Source of the DNA: Candidatus Sungiibacteriota bacterium
Lineage (GTDB): Bacteria; Patescibacteriota; Minisyncoccia; Sungbacterales; HO2-52-23
Reading direction: 5' to 3'
NCBI GenBank assembly: GCA_016180435.1
Contig: JACPBG010000001.1
Location: 136,358 to 200,357, forward strand
Length of the DNA: 64,000 bases
The translations under genes and the position numbers were made by a program. Each line of letters opens with the position of its first letter. Positions within the stretch are counted from its first letter, which is position 1. Shown one piece after another: positions 28,462-38,334 of the stretch. The notes below the pieces were generated by a model that was given only the letters and a program-made list of their open reading frames with translations, did not search any database and was not told where the DNA came from.

Positions 28462-28498
28462 GGCGTTTTAAAAATCCTACGGGGTTTAATACCCGTAG
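28462..28498 (-). terminator. Intrinsic terminator after typA
   Basis: Hairpin CCTACGGGtattaaaCCCCGTAGG followed on the minus strand by atttttaaaac. Confidence 0.6.
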
Positions 28499-28512
28499 GA
28501 AGGTGTGGGGAT

Positions 28513-30333
28513 TTATTTTAACCCGTTGGCGCGGCGCGCCCGGCTGCGCTCAACTTCGGTAAGATATTGCTTGCGCAAACGCACGCTTTTGGGGGTAATT
28601 TCCAAATACTCATCCGCGGCCATAACTTCAAGTCCGCGCTCAATGGTAAGTTCAAACGGAGGCGTTAAATCAATCGCATCATCCGCAGCCGCATCCCGGA
28701 CATTGCTCAATTGTTTCCCTTTGGTCGGATTAACCGTCATCTCCTCGCCTTTGGAAGTATTGCCGATCACCATTCCATTATATACTTCCGTTCCCGGACC
28801 GATATAAAGCGTTCCCCGATCCTGCAAACCCCAAAGGGAAAACCCAAGCGCTTTTCCGTCCGCCATTGAGATCATGGAACCGACCGCGCGTTTGCGTATT
28901 TCCCCGGCGTATGGCCAAAATCCCAAAACGCGCGAAGACATAATCCCTTCGCCTTTAGTATCAATGACAAAAAGATTGCGATATCCGAGAAATCCGCGGG
29001 TAGGCCCCTCAAAAATTAAACGCACGGATTCAGCATGATGCCGAATATCTTTCATGATAAATCCGCGCGTGCCGAGCCGTTCAATCACCACCCCCTGAAA
29101 TTCCGAAGGCGTATCCACCACCACTTCTTCAAACGGTTCAAGCTTTTCCCCGCCTTCTTCGCGGATAATAACCTGCGGCTGAGAAACCTGAAGTTCGTAT
29201 CCGGCCCGCCGCATATTTTCAAGCAAAATCGCAATATGCAGCTCTCCCCGGCCGAATACGCGTGAACTATCCGTGGAAGAAAAATCAATACGAAGTCCCA
29301 CATTTACTTCAAGCTCGCGCTTGAGATATTCGCGAATCTGGCGGGATGTCACGTATTTTCCCTCGCGCCCGGAAAGTGGAGAATTATTTACAAAAAAATT
29401 CAGTGCAATGGTCGGCTCATCCACCGCAATGGCGGGCAGCGGCTCTGATTCCGGATCGGTGGTTATGGTCTCTCCGATATCAATATCCGGCAAACCGGCT
29501 GCAAGCACGATATCTCCCGTACTTGCTTCTTTGGTTTCTATACGTTCCAGACCCTGAAAAGTGAAAAGTTTTGTGATTTTTCCGGAGCGTATTTTGCCGT
29601 CCGGGTTTTTTACAAATACATTCGCGCCCGGTACCGCAACACCCTCATATACGCGGGCCACGGCCAGCCGTCCCATAAAATTGTCATATCCCAGATTAAA
29701 CGGCTGCATGCGCAAAGGTTTTTTAACACGCATATCGGAAAAAGCATTCGGCACATGCTCTAGAATCATATCTAAAAGCGGGGTTAGATCCGCCGACGTA
29801 TCGCCAAGTTTCCGTTTCGCGATCCCCTCGCGGCCGATAGAATACACCACCGGAAAATTCGCTTGCTCCTCATTCGCGCCAAGTTCCAGAAATAATTCAA
29901 GCACCTGCTCTTCCGCACGCGCCGGATCGGCCGACGGTTTGTCTATTTTATTGATAACGACTATGGGGCGCAATCCGAGTTCCAAAGATTTTTTCAGCAC
30001 AAACCGCGTTTGCGGCATGGGTCCCTCCTGCGCATCCACCACCAAAAGTACCGAATCAATTGCGCGCAGAACCCGCTCGACTTCGGATCCGAAATCAGCG
30101 TGTCCGGGCGTATCCACAATATTAATCTTTGTTACGGGACGTCCCGAGCTTGGCGAAGGATAAAAAATCGAGGCGTTTTTGGCATAAATCGTAATGCCGC
30201 GCTCTTGCTCAAGCGTATTTGAATCCATGGTAACGCCTTCTTGGGCGGCTCCGGTTTGGCGCATGATAGCATCCGTCAGCGTGGTTTTGCCGTGATCCAC
30301 ATGCGCGATTATCGCGATATTTCGAATCTCCAT
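28513..30333 (-). CDS. typA: Translational GTPase TypA/BipA
   Basis: [33 protein letters not shown]-motifs; 606 aa EF-G-like architecture. Confidence 0.92.
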   Translation of the reverse strand: MEIRNIAIIAHVDHGKTTLTDAIMRQTGAAQEGVTMDSNTLEQERGITIYAKNASIFYPSPSSGRPVTKINIVDTPGHADFGSEVERVLRAIDSVLLVVDAQEGPMPQTRFVLKKSLELGLRPIVVINKIDKPSADPARAEEQVLELFLELGANEEQANFPVVYSIGREGIAKRKLGDTSADLTPLLDMILEHVPNAFSDMRVKKPLRMQPFNLGYDNFMGRLAVARVYEGVAVPGANVFVKNPDGKIRSGKITKLFTFQGLERIETKEASTGDIVLAAGLPDIDIGETITTDPESEPLPAIAVDEPTIALNFFVNNSPLSGREGKYVTSRQIREYLKRELEVNVGLRIDFSSTDSSRVFGRGELHIAILLENMRRAGYELQVSQPQVIIREEGGEKLEPFEEVVVDTPSEFQGVVIERLGTRGFIMKDIRHHAESVRLIFEGPTRGFLGYRNLFVIDTKGEGIMSSRVLGFWPYAGEIRKRAVGSMISMADGKALGFSLWGLQDRGTLYIGPGTEVYNGMVIGNTSKGEEMTVNPTKGKQLSNVRDAAADDAIDLTPPFELTIERGLEVMAADEYLEITPKSVRLRKQYLTEVERSRARRANGLK

Positions 30334-30364
30334 GATTATTCTTCCTAAATTTTAACTTGATAAT

Positions 30365-30512
30365 TCCGACCAGCTTGCTGGTCGGTTACCATTGATAGGT
30401 TCTCGACCCGCTTCGCTCTCGCTCCAGCGAGGCGAGCAGGCTCGAACAATATTTTTCGAGCGAAGTCGAGAAGATACCCTTGATGATACCGACCTGCTTG
30501 CAGGTCGGAGGT
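30365..30512. repeat. MITE-like family D, copy 1 (with about 30-nt internal insertion)
   Basis: Hairpin termini tccgaccagcttgctggtcgg / ccgacctgcttgcaggtcgg and core ttcgagc..gtcgagaa; inverted copy at 43914-44027. Confidence 0.65.
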
Positions 30513-30520
30513 TCATTTAT

Positions 30521-30634
30521 TAGACCTACTACGCAAAGATTAATCTACTGCAATTTAATAATTTCGGCCAAAATCGCTTCAAAACTTTTTGGCTTATCTA
30601 AGCGATAGGCCGCAAAGTTTGTTCAGCGATTTTG
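30521..30634. repeat. MITE-like family B, copy 2 (inverted; right arm plus centre), supplies the obg stop codon
   Basis: Reverse complement matches 53207-53321. Preceded by ttattag, like the full copy. Confidence 0.7.
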
Positions 30635-31697
30635 TTTTTTCTATCGCATCATAATCATAAATTGAAAAAGCGCCGACAAGCATCTTCTTCTTTTTCAGTA
30701 AAGAAAGTTTCTTTTTTAACTCTGACCGAGAAACCGTATCGCTCTTTCCCAAGAAAATAAATTCTTTTTTATCTAAAAGCGCTTTACTGTATATTCCAAG
30801 CTCTTTCCGGACGATTTTATAATCTTTATATGGATCGGCTGATTCCGCGGAAATAATATGAAATAAAACTTTTGTCCGCTCGATATGGCGCAAAAATTTT
30901 ATGCCCAGCCCCCTTCCGCCGGATGCCCCTTCTATTAACCCGGGAATATCTGCCAGCACAAGCTCATAATATACCCCCAGATTCGGCTCCAGAGTTGTAA
31001 ACAAAAAATTTCCGACCTTGCTTCGGGCGTTAGTAAATTCATTCAACAAACTTGATTTCCCGACGTTGGGCAATCCTATAAGCCCCACATCGGCAATAAG
31101 TTTTAATTCAAGCCGTACGGTAAAATTTTCTCCCGGCGCGCCGTATTCAAATTCTTTGGGCCGGGTATTTACGGAGGACCGAAAATGAAAATTTCCTCTA
31201 CCCCCGCGCCCGCCTCGGGCCGCCAGAAAACGCTCGCCAATGGATACGATTTCTCTATCATTTTTTACCCCGTTAGAACGCTGCCGACTCCTGCTCGCCT
31301 CGCTAAAGCTATGGCGAAGCGGGTCGGCGGTAACGGCAGAGATAGCCGATGGGGATATAATACTCTCATTGGCAGGTCGCGAAGCGTCCGTTCTAACGGG
31401 GTTTGCAGTAAGATTATGGATAATCGTTCCCACCGGCACATATAAAACAAGATCTTTCGCATTGGGTCCGTCGCGAAATTGACCCTTGCCGTCCCCGCCG
31501 TTTTTTGCGGAAAATTCCTTTTTGAAACGGTACGAGCTTAAAATGCTAAAATCCGACGATCCCTCAAAATAAATATCCCCGCCGTCACCCCCTGACCCGC
31601 CCACCGGGCCGTATTGATTCAAATTTTTGTTAAACAAAACAGCGCCCCGTCCGCCGCTTCCCGCACGTAGTTTTATTGTGATGTCGTCTATAAACAT
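30594..31697 (-). CDS. obg: GTPase Obg/CgtA
   Basis: N-terminal Obg fold MFIDDITIKLRAGSGGRGAVLF...GGDGGDGG and G-domain motifs GLPNVGKSSL, DIPGLIEGA. C-terminal ...KLCGLSLR* is encoded by repeat B. Confidence 0.9.
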   Translation of the reverse strand: MFIDDITIKLRAGSGGRGAVLFNKNLNQYGPVGGSGGDGGDIYFEGSSDFSILSSYRFKKEFSAKNGGDGKGQFRDGPNAKDLVLYVPVGTIIHNLTANPVRTDASRPANESIISPSAISAVTADPLRHSFSEASRSRQRSNGVKNDREIVSIGERFLAARGGRGGRGNFHFRSSVNTRPKEFEYGAPGENFTVRLELKLIADVGLIGLPNVGKSSLLNEFTNARSKVGNFLFTTLEPNLGVYYELVLADIPGLIEGASGGRGLGIKFLRHIERTKVLFHIISAESADPYKDYKIVRKELGIYSKALLDKKEFIFLGKSDTVSRSELKKKLSLLKKKKMLVGAFSIYDYDAIEKTKSLNKLCGLSLR

Positions 31698-31760
31698 AAA
31701 TTAAAAAGGCGTTACGCCGAAGCCACGCCCAAACGCATTATAAAAATTACTAACTCTTAT

Positions 31761-32012
31761 TTATGCAGTGACGTGATTAGTAGACAACCAATCAATAAGT
31801 TTCTTGCGATGCCGGGCGATTGACCATGTGTCACCATGCCTGAAAAGCCCCGGATTAATACTTTGAAACTTTTGCAATATAGCGACCGATACGCACGGAA
31901 AACCATTTGGAATATTTTTATTATAATCAGCCAGAAACGCCAAAAGAGGCATCGGTATCAAGCTTTTTTCATATTCTTTATACTTTCTTTTCATTGCTAA
32001 CCCAGTATACAA
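31761..32012 (-). CDS. Hypothetical small protein
   Basis: 83-aa ORF, no motif recognised. Confidence 0.3.
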   Translation of the reverse strand: MYTGLAMKRKYKEYEKSLIPMPLLAFLADYNKNIPNGFPCVSVAILQKFQSINPGLFRHGDTWSIARHRKKLIDWLSTNHVTA

Positions 32013-32072
32013 TAAAACGAATTAAAAATCAATTTATACGCGGAAAACAAAACCAACAAGCTTAGGGATAAA

Positions 32073-32816
32073 TTAAAATAATCCTTGGCCGCCGAATCTC
32101 ACAACCTTTTTCTTGATTCCCGACACACACTTATTCAAATCAGAGACGATATCCCGCTCCATCAAATGCATCACGACCCATCCAATTCTTTTAAGCGCGC
32201 GGTTTTTGGTCTTATCTTTATCAAGCTGGCGGCGTCCGGAATGAGCTTTGCGATTATCGCACTCAACCGCAATTTTACCCTTCCGGCATAATACCGCAAA
32301 ATCAAGCGAATAACGTTTTCCGCCGGAGGAAATCCTATACTGCGGAATAGCTATAATGCCCGCGCGACGCAAAGCCCTCTCTATAATTGATTCTGTCGGA
32401 GCCACCCGATATAGTTCCAAAATATTTCTGGCGGTCTTGAGGCGACCCAGCGTAGCAAATCCAAAAGACACCCGGCGCGGCGGCATATTTCGGATAGGTC
32501 GCTTAAGTTTTTGAATGCGTCCCAGCCATACCTTTTGATATTCTTTACCAGCTGCCGGATGCTTAATTTCCTCCGGAAGTATTTCAAGGCGTTTCTTTAA
32601 CTCAATACGAAGTGCCCGCGCGTAATACTTGATTTGCTTGCCTCCCGGACCGAAACGCGCGGGTTCGTAAAAAGCCAAAAAATTAAATTTTCTCCGCGGG
32701 GATTTATCCGCCGGCATACGATACCAATGCTCATGCAAAAGAATTTCAAGATCGCTTTTTCGTTTAAGCACTCCCACGAGCGCCATTTCTTTTTCTTTGT
32801 CAATTTTTGCCATCAA
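32073..32816 (-). CDS. DUF559 (Vsr/PD-(D/E)xK-like endonuclease-domain) protein with unknown N-terminal domain
   Basis: C-terminal KRYSLDFAVLCRKGKIAVECDNRKAHSGRRQLDKDKTKNRALKRIGWVVMHLMERDI resembles the DUF559 endonuclease-like domain. Confidence 0.55.
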   Translation of the reverse strand: MMAKIDKEKEMALVGVLKRKSDLEILLHEHWYRMPADKSPRRKFNFLAFYEPARFGPGGKQIKYYARALRIELKKRLEILPEEIKHPAAGKEYQKVWLGRIQKLKRPIRNMPPRRVSFGFATLGRLKTARNILELYRVAPTESIIERALRRAGIIAIPQYRISSGGKRYSLDFAVLCRKGKIAVECDNRKAHSGRRQLDKDKTKNRALKRIGWVVMHLMERDIVSDLNKCVSGIKKKVVRFGGQGLF

Positions 32817-32861
32817 ATTCTCCAGTCACAACATCCTTACAAACTTGAGAATGTAAGGATG

Positions 32862-33149
32862 TTATTTTATCCGCCGGAAGGATTCTAAAAATTTAACAAA
32901 CATCTTGCCATAAGGCGAGAGAGCGTGCTCCACGAATTTACCGCGGTATTTTTTATTGATAAGCCCGGCCTGATAAAGCCGCCGGGTGTGTTCTCCAATG
33001 GTTTTCTCGTTGGCTCCGAGTGTTTCAACTATATCCTCCAGGGTAACGCCATCGCGTTCGGATACCAAAAACAATATCTCAATGCGATAGTGATTGGCCA
33101 TCCCTTTAAGATGGCGCTCCATTTGTTTGGCTGTCTTCACCTTCTTCAT
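32862..33149 (-). CDS. ArsR/SmtB-family winged-helix transcriptional regulator
   Basis: 95 aa; MANHYRIEILFLVSERDGVTLEDIVETLGANEKTIGEHTRRLYQAGLI is a typical ArsR HTH. Confidence 0.6.
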   Translation of the reverse strand: MKKVKTAKQMERHLKGMANHYRIEILFLVSERDGVTLEDIVETLGANEKTIGEHTRRLYQAGLINKKYRGKFVEHALSPYGKMFVKFLESFRRIK

Positions 33150-33156
33150 CTCTTTA

Positions 33157-33215
33157 TGTTACACAACATACCAACATTCTCAAGTTTGTAAGTATGATGT
33201 AAATGTGTTGTGACT
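33157..33215. promoter_or_regulatory. Palindromic putative operator upstream of the ArsR gene
   Basis: cacaacat...atgtgttgtg inverted repeat enclosing acattctcaagtttg. Its complement caaacttgagaatgt recurs inside the hairpin at 32823-32855, downstream of the gene. Confidence 0.45.
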
Positions 33216-33252
33216 AGATTGCCGATACGATCCGCATCCGTAAAAAATTTAT

Positions 33253-34125
33253 TTAAAGTTTGGCTTTTTGGTCGGGGATATAGGCGGCATACACTTCGGC
33301 TTTTTGGGCAAATTCTTGGGATTTTGGAATATCCCCTTTTCGACGGGAAATATCCCGAAGACACCGCGCAACTCTGGCCGCTTGTCCATACTTACCCATG
33401 TTTTTAGAAATTTCTTCGGCGGAAGTATTCTCCGTAGGCCACGGATATTTTTCGGCAAGTTTAGACATCTTAGTTGAGTATGTATCGGATGCTTTTTCCT
33501 TTCCGTATCTTTTTGCAATATCAAACGCGCCCGCCAGCAAAAATATTTCCGTATGCGGAGCAACATCTTGCCCGGCGTTTCGTTCTTCGCGCACCTTTTT
33601 TAATCCGGCGCGAATGGCAGTTAGGGCCGCCGCGTCAAAATCACGAATGGGGTCATTTTTCTTAAAAACCAAAAGACCCCGAAGCGGTTTAACAAGAGGC
33701 ATGGAATCGGCAACCTCGGCCGCGCGCCGATAGACGGTCTGCATAACATCAAGTTCGCTGGAAGTCATTCCGTTCAGAGAGACCGGAATCAGGCCGGCTT
33801 TCCGGCCCCCCTGTTTCTCCATTTCTCTTTTTATACGTTCTTGAAGCGCGCGCAGGGCTTTATTCATATACATTCCCACATTTCCCGCGGCCTTCACTTT
33901 TTTTTCTTTCCAAAGACGCGATGCAGCCGAATAATAATTACTCGCATAATTAACAAGCGCCGCATCCCGATCTCCATGCTCGCTCCGAAATTCAAACACC
34001 CTATCCGCCAGCGGCAGAGCTTCATCATATTTTTCCTCCCAGTTAAGCCGGCCAAGCCGCTTGGCCGCGTCCTCAAAATTTTCTTTGGTTAGCGCTTCAA
34101 ATTGTCCAAGTTTTGGTCTTTCCAT
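33253..34125 (-). CDS. Hypothetical helical protein
   Basis: 290-aa ORF, no motif recognised. Confidence 0.45.
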   Translation of the reverse strand: MERPKLGQFEALTKENFEDAAKRLGRLNWEEKYDEALPLADRVFEFRSEHGDRDAALVNYASNYYSAASRLWKEKKVKAAGNVGMYMNKALRALQERIKREMEKQGGRKAGLIPVSLNGMTSSELDVMQTVYRRAAEVADSMPLVKPLRGLLVFKKNDPIRDFDAAALTAIRAGLKKVREERNAGQDVAPHTEIFLLAGAFDIAKRYGKEKASDTYSTKMSKLAEKYPWPTENTSAEEISKNMGKYGQAARVARCLRDISRRKGDIPKSQEFAQKAEVYAAYIPDQKAKL

Positions 34126-34190
34126 GGCTAAAAATAATGCGTAAAAATGTATAAAGGGGATAAAAAGGTGTCACCTTCTTTTTTTATATT

Positions 34191-34304
34191 TTACATTATA
34201 ACACGAATTCCGTGTATTCTAAATCCGCCCGGAAGCGCAAATTCTCCCTCGCCATGCGAACCTTTACGCTTACCGAGTAAAATAGTGCCGTCTTTCAAAA
34301 TCAT
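34191..34304 (-). pseudogene. Truncated Nudix-hydrolase N-terminal fragment (37 codons), fused behind a tRNA 5' fragment
   Basis: MILKDGTILLGKRKGSHGEGEFALPGGF then stop, before any Nudix box. AGGAGG RBS and ATG lie inside repeat family G, copy 2. Confidence 0.4.
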
Positions 34305-34317
34305 TACACCAACTCCT

Positions 34318-34395
34318 CCTAGGCCACTAGACGACGGGGGCATAAATCGCCAGAATTTTGAAGAAATCGGGAATAGACCGAAATAGACGACAGGA
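34318..34395 (-). repeat. Repeat family G, copy 2 (tRNA-Glu-like 5' fragment plus upstream region)
   Basis: Minus strand: GCCCCCGTCGTCTAGTGGCCTAGGAGG; about 85% identical to 18271-18349. Confidence 0.55.
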
Positions 34396-34580
34396 ACACA
34401 AAATGTTTGATTTCTTATCTTACTACAATTCTTACTACGATATACTAAAAATAAAGCGCTTTCACAAGGAAACTTAATCACGGAATGGCTTTTTTTATTT
34501 GACAAAGCCAAAAAATAGATGTATTAAATCTGTATTAAGAGGGTTGGCTCTTTTAAAACCCAGTATGGAGGAGGCTCAAA

Positions 34581-36125
34581 ATGGCTGATAAAACAGTGTG
34601 CGTTGTTTCGGCAGAAGCAATGATTCAGGGGTTGGGACCGTTTGCCTGCGGTGCCAATCAAAGAGGCGGCCTTGGCGACCTGTTCGGCCACATGATGGAA
34701 GGTTTTGTAAAAAATGAAATCCGCGTAATCCCTATAACCTATTTTTACCCGCGCGATTGGCAGACGGGTGAAATGGTTGACTACAACAACACACCCGCGC
34801 GTTGTAACTACAACCTGGATGTTGATATCTATTGGCAAAAAAGAAGCGTTCCAATATTTACCATTGATCAGGCCGGTGCTCGAGTATACGGCATCAATGA
34901 TCCCGAAGCTGGCATCATTTATCCGGACACATGGAAAAAAGTGCGCCAAGCCGCTTTCTTTGGAAGAGCGGCGCATGCGCTGCTTAAAAAGCTTAATGAA
35001 AGACCGGAAATTGTATGGTGCCAGGAATGGCCGACTATGCCGGTTATTCCGAATTTGCGAGATGATCCATTTTTTGAAAAAACAAAATACATTTTCACTC
35101 TTCACACCTCGGTGCATGACGCCCTCGATTCCATGCCAAATGAATGGTACAGCGAATTTGCGATTAGCGAAAAATATCGCTCGGCATTTTTAAGAGACGG
35201 GGTTTTGGATCCAACTCTGGCCGGAGTGCGTATGGCCGATCTGATAACAGGCGTCAGCGACGAACATGGCGGCGAGATTCGCAGAATGTATCCGGAATAT
35301 GCCACCGAAATAAAAGGATTCAGGAACGGCACCAGCCGCAGTTCTCTCCTTTCACCGCGAATCAAAGCGCTTCCGCACGTCAACCCATATTCTTTATGGA
35401 CAGCGCATCTCGGAGATAAGGCCGAACTTCACGAAGAAATCCGTAAAGAAACTGGGGTTTCGCTGGATCCGGAACGCCCAGACATCGCACTATTTAGACG
35501 AGAAGCAGATTATAAAAACCGACGCCCGATGTTTGAACCAATCATAAAGGCGATTTGCGCCCCACGCGGAAAAATACTTGAGGATGGGAGAAGAGGTCTG
35601 GGCGCGAATGTAATATTCGGGGGCGTGGCGCATGAGAACGACCCAGCGGGCCGGGAGAATATGGAACTTTACCGCAGATGGATGAAAGATCCAGACCTTA
35701 AAGGAAGATTTGTCTATCTTTCGTTCTACAACGCAGCGTGGCGAACTCTGGCAGTAAGGGGATGCGATATTCACGTTGAATGCCCGCAACCCCGATGCGA
35801 GGCCTGTGGCACCAGCTGGATGCTCGCCCTACTAAACGGAGTAATGAATGTCGCAACTTTGGGCGGAGGACACAAGGGATTTAGCAGACCGGCTGATCCG
35901 CAAACAGGCGAAGGAGATACGCTTTTTATTGAACCGTATAATTCAGAAACTCTTTATTTGCAACTGGACAAAGCCGACGGCTGGTACTATGACTGGACAT
36001 TAAACCAAAATGATTGGTGGCCGCGGCTCAAAATGAATAATTTTCTACGCGGCGAAGAAGTGGACATTACAAAAATGATCGAGAGATATAACACACTCTG
36101 CTTTGAACCGCTTCTTGCGGCCTAA
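34581..36125 (+). CDS. GT-B-fold glucan phosphorylase/synthase-like glycosyltransferase (divergent)
   Basis: N-terminal RGGLGDLFGH (GGLGD motif of glycogen synthase/phosphorylase) and C-terminal EACGTSWMLALLNG resembling the phosphorylase EASGTSNMK motif but without the Lys. Confidence 0.45.
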   Translation: MADKTVCVVSAEAMIQGLGPFACGANQRGGLGDLFGHMMEGFVKNEIRVIPITYFYPRDWQTGEMVDYNNTPARCNYNLDVDIYWQKRSVPIFTIDQAGARVYGINDPEAGIIYPDTWKKVRQAAFFGRAAHALLKKLNERPEIVWCQEWPTMPVIPNLRDDPFFEKTKYIFTLHTSVHDALDSMPNEWYSEFAISEKYRSAFLRDGVLDPTLAGVRMADLITGVSDEHGGEIRRMYPEYATEIKGFRNGTSRSSLLSPRIKALPHVNPYSLWTAHLGDKAELHEEIRKETGVSLDPERPDIALFRREADYKNRRPMFEPIIKAICAPRGKILEDGRRGLGANVIFGGVAHENDPAGRENMELYRRWMKDPDLKGRFVYLSFYNAAWRTLAVRGCDIHVECPQPRCEACGTSWMLALLNGVMNVATLGGGHKGFSRPADPQTGEGDTLFIEPYNSETLYLQLDKADGWYYDWTLNQNDWWPRLKMNNFLRGEEVDITKMIERYNTLCFEPLLAA

Positions 36126-36149
36126 TATCATCCATAGCGGCATATGCCG

Positions 36150-37481
36150 CTATTTTCTTTTCCAATTTTTATCCTGCCGCACAAGTAACTCACCGGCTTT
36201 TTCCGGGTGCGCCATAATTTCCTCCACGACTTTCTCCATGCGCATGGACTGACTGCCTTTTACTAAAATCAGGTCGCCTTCCCGAATCATGGGATCAAGC
36301 GTTTTTCCGGCGGATTCGGAATCGCCAAATTTAAATATCTGTAATAATGCATGTCCGGCCTCCCGCCCCATTTCATGGGGCGAGGCTCGCCCAGATTGCT
36401 GGGCGGCATCTGCAATGAATTTGGCGCGCGGTCCTACGCAAAAAAGTAAATCCACGAATTTCGCGGCCTGATCTCCTACGGCGCGGTGCGCTTGTTCAGA
36501 GTATTTCCCGATTTCCAGCATATCGCCCAAAACCGCTATTTTTCTTTTTCCCGGAAGGACGCGCAGGGTATCAAGCGCCAACCGCATAGATTCGGGCGCC
36601 GCATTATAAGTATCATCAAGAATCCAAGAATTTTTTATCCCATCCAACAGTCGCAGGCGCCCCGAGATCGGATTAAAACTTGCCAGCGCCTCGGAAATCT
36701 CAACAAGATTGAGTCCCAGCGCAATCCCCACTGCCGCGGCCGCTGCCGCAGAATACACTTGAGGCATGCCAAAGGTATTTTTAAACCGCGCCGGCATCAT
36801 ATTTCCCTGATATTCAATTTTGAATGAAACTCCATCGGGAATATCATTACCTTGATTATCCTTTATAATTTGTAGTTTGTAGTTTGTAGTTTTGATATCG
36901 GAATGTTCTTCCGTGCCAAAAGTAATTACACGCGCTTTAGTTTTATCTTTCATGCCATACACCGCAAAATCATCGTGATTTAAAACCGCCAGGCCGCCTG
37001 CCGGAAGTGCTACAACCAGTTTTGCTTTTTCCATAATAAGTTCCTCAATGTCCTTAAAAAACTCAACATGCACGGGAATATCTCCAATGGCAGTGACCAC
37101 CGCAATATCGGGTTTGGCAATGGATAAAAGATAATCCATGTCGCCCGGCCTATCCATGCCATATTCCAACACTAACGCCTCCGGATAAGGACTGCGCCAA
37201 ACTATTCTCCTATTCGCGCGAATAAGTCCATAGAGCCATCCGAAAATGTTACGTCCGCAGTGCGGGATGCCCAAAATAGCAAGCGGAAAACCGATTTCAT
37301 TGTTGTAATTTTTCTCCGCTTGTCTCACGCGATACTTTTTGGAAAGCACCGCAAAAACCGCCTCCCGCGTAGAGGTTTTCCCCACTGATCCGGTAATGCC
37401 GATTATTTTGGGCTTATACTTCCGTATGGTTGCCCGCGCCAGTATTGCCAAGATTTTTTGAAGAATTGACTTTTGAATCAT
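36150..37481 (-). CDS. murF: UDP-N-acetylmuramoyl-tripeptide--D-alanyl-D-alanine ligase
   Basis: Mur ligase P-loop GITGSVGKTSTRE, family layout, position in the dcw cluster. Confidence 0.85.
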   Translation of the reverse strand: MIQKSILQKILAILARATIRKYKPKIIGITGSVGKTSTREAVFAVLSKKYRVRQAEKNYNNEIGFPLAILGIPHCGRNIFGWLYGLIRANRRIVWRSPYPEALVLEYGMDRPGDMDYLLSIAKPDIAVVTAIGDIPVHVEFFKDIEELIMEKAKLVVALPAGGLAVLNHDDFAVYGMKDKTKARVITFGTEEHSDIKTTNYKLQIIKDNQGNDIPDGVSFKIEYQGNMMPARFKNTFGMPQVYSAAAAAAVGIALGLNLVEISEALASFNPISGRLRLLDGIKNSWILDDTYNAAPESMRLALDTLRVLPGKRKIAVLGDMLEIGKYSEQAHRAVGDQAAKFVDLLFCVGPRAKFIADAAQQSGRASPHEMGREAGHALLQIFKFGDSESAGKTLDPMIREGDLILVKGSQSMRMEKVVEEIMAHPEKAGELLVRQDKNWKRK

Positions 37482-37532
37482 ATAATGCTAATATATATTA
37501 AGGTCATTTTCAGATCATAATTAGGAGGAGAA

Positions 37533-37670
37533 ATGAAACTAAAATTGGTCTTAGGGGTAATTGGGATCTTATTAATTGTCAATCAAATAATCAACTGGAG
37601 TCAGATAGGACTTATAGGTTTTTTCCTTGGTGGTCTTATGCTTGCCGCTTCGTCTGATGAGTTTCTTTAG
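37533..37670 (+). CDS. Small 45-aa membrane protein (below the ORF-track cutoff)
   Basis: AGGAGGAG RBS 3 nt upstream of the ATG (AGGAGGAGaaATG); MKLKLVLGVIGILLIVNQIINWSQIGLIGFFLGGLMLAASSDEFL. Confidence 0.3.
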   Translation: MKLKLVLGVIGILLIVNQIINWSQIGLIGFFLGGLMLAASSDEFL

Positions 37671-37737
37671 AATTTTTTGCAGGATTGACTTCATAATTTC
37701 ATTATGCTATACAGCATAATAGCACATTTCCATTATT

Positions 37738-38076
37738 TTGGGGGGCGGCCACATGAAAAAGTTCAGGATATATCTGATCATTCACCTCATCTGCGGCCTA
37801 TTGGCGCTTGGGATGATACGATTTGCCGGATTTGAAACTGATTATTATCATAGAGGGGAGTCCTTAGAAAATGTACTGACACACATTAATAGCCCCATAC
37901 CAAACATTTTGTTACCAGTTTTCGGTCCACTAGCGCTCGTCACGGTGCCTTTTCTCATATACCTCGTTAATGAAACCGGGCATCCATTATTCGGCGTCAT
38001 GATTACCAAAGATCTTCGCTGGCCGGATTACCATCCTGACTTTAAATCAATCCAGAGTCCGGCAAAATCGCCCTGA
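37738..38076 (+). CDS. Hypothetical membrane protein
   Basis: 112 aa with two hydrophobic helices. Confidence 0.4.
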   Translation: MGGGHMKKFRIYLIIHLICGLLALGMIRFAGFETDYYHRGESLENVLTHINSPIPNILLPVFGPLALVTVPFLIYLVNETGHPLFGVMITKDLRWPDYHPDFKSIQSPAKSP

Positions 38077-38200
38077 TTTTTATCATACCTGACCCTTCGG
38101 GTCATTTTTTTATTTTTCAAAGCGCGGAGCGCTACCTTAATACAAACCGCACTCCCCACACCGAGATGCCGCAAACATCAATAAATGTATAAGGGCGAGC

Positions 38201-38328
38201 GTATCACTATTTCAAAACAATGGGAGGACAAGTTTGCATGGTTCGCCGTCTGCAGACGGCGAAAACTTGTCCGACCCTTAGCGAGTTTTTGCGCTGGCAA
38301 AAACGAGCGTGTTTTGAAATAGTGATAC
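38201..38328. repeat. Structured repeat family A, copy 2, 7 nt past the ftsI stop
   Basis: Closing stem gtatcactatttcaaaaca / tgttttgaaatagtgatac covaries relative to copies 1 and 3. Cores AATGGGAGG and CGACCCTTAGCGA are conserved. Confidence 0.65.
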
Positions 38329-38334
38329 CGAACC

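Noticed and set aside
33398-34092. Several plus-strand ORFs (33398-33733, 33474-33665, 33841-34092) opposite the 290-aa minus-strand gene
   Set aside because: Antisense to a longer, better-supported ORF; no independent features.
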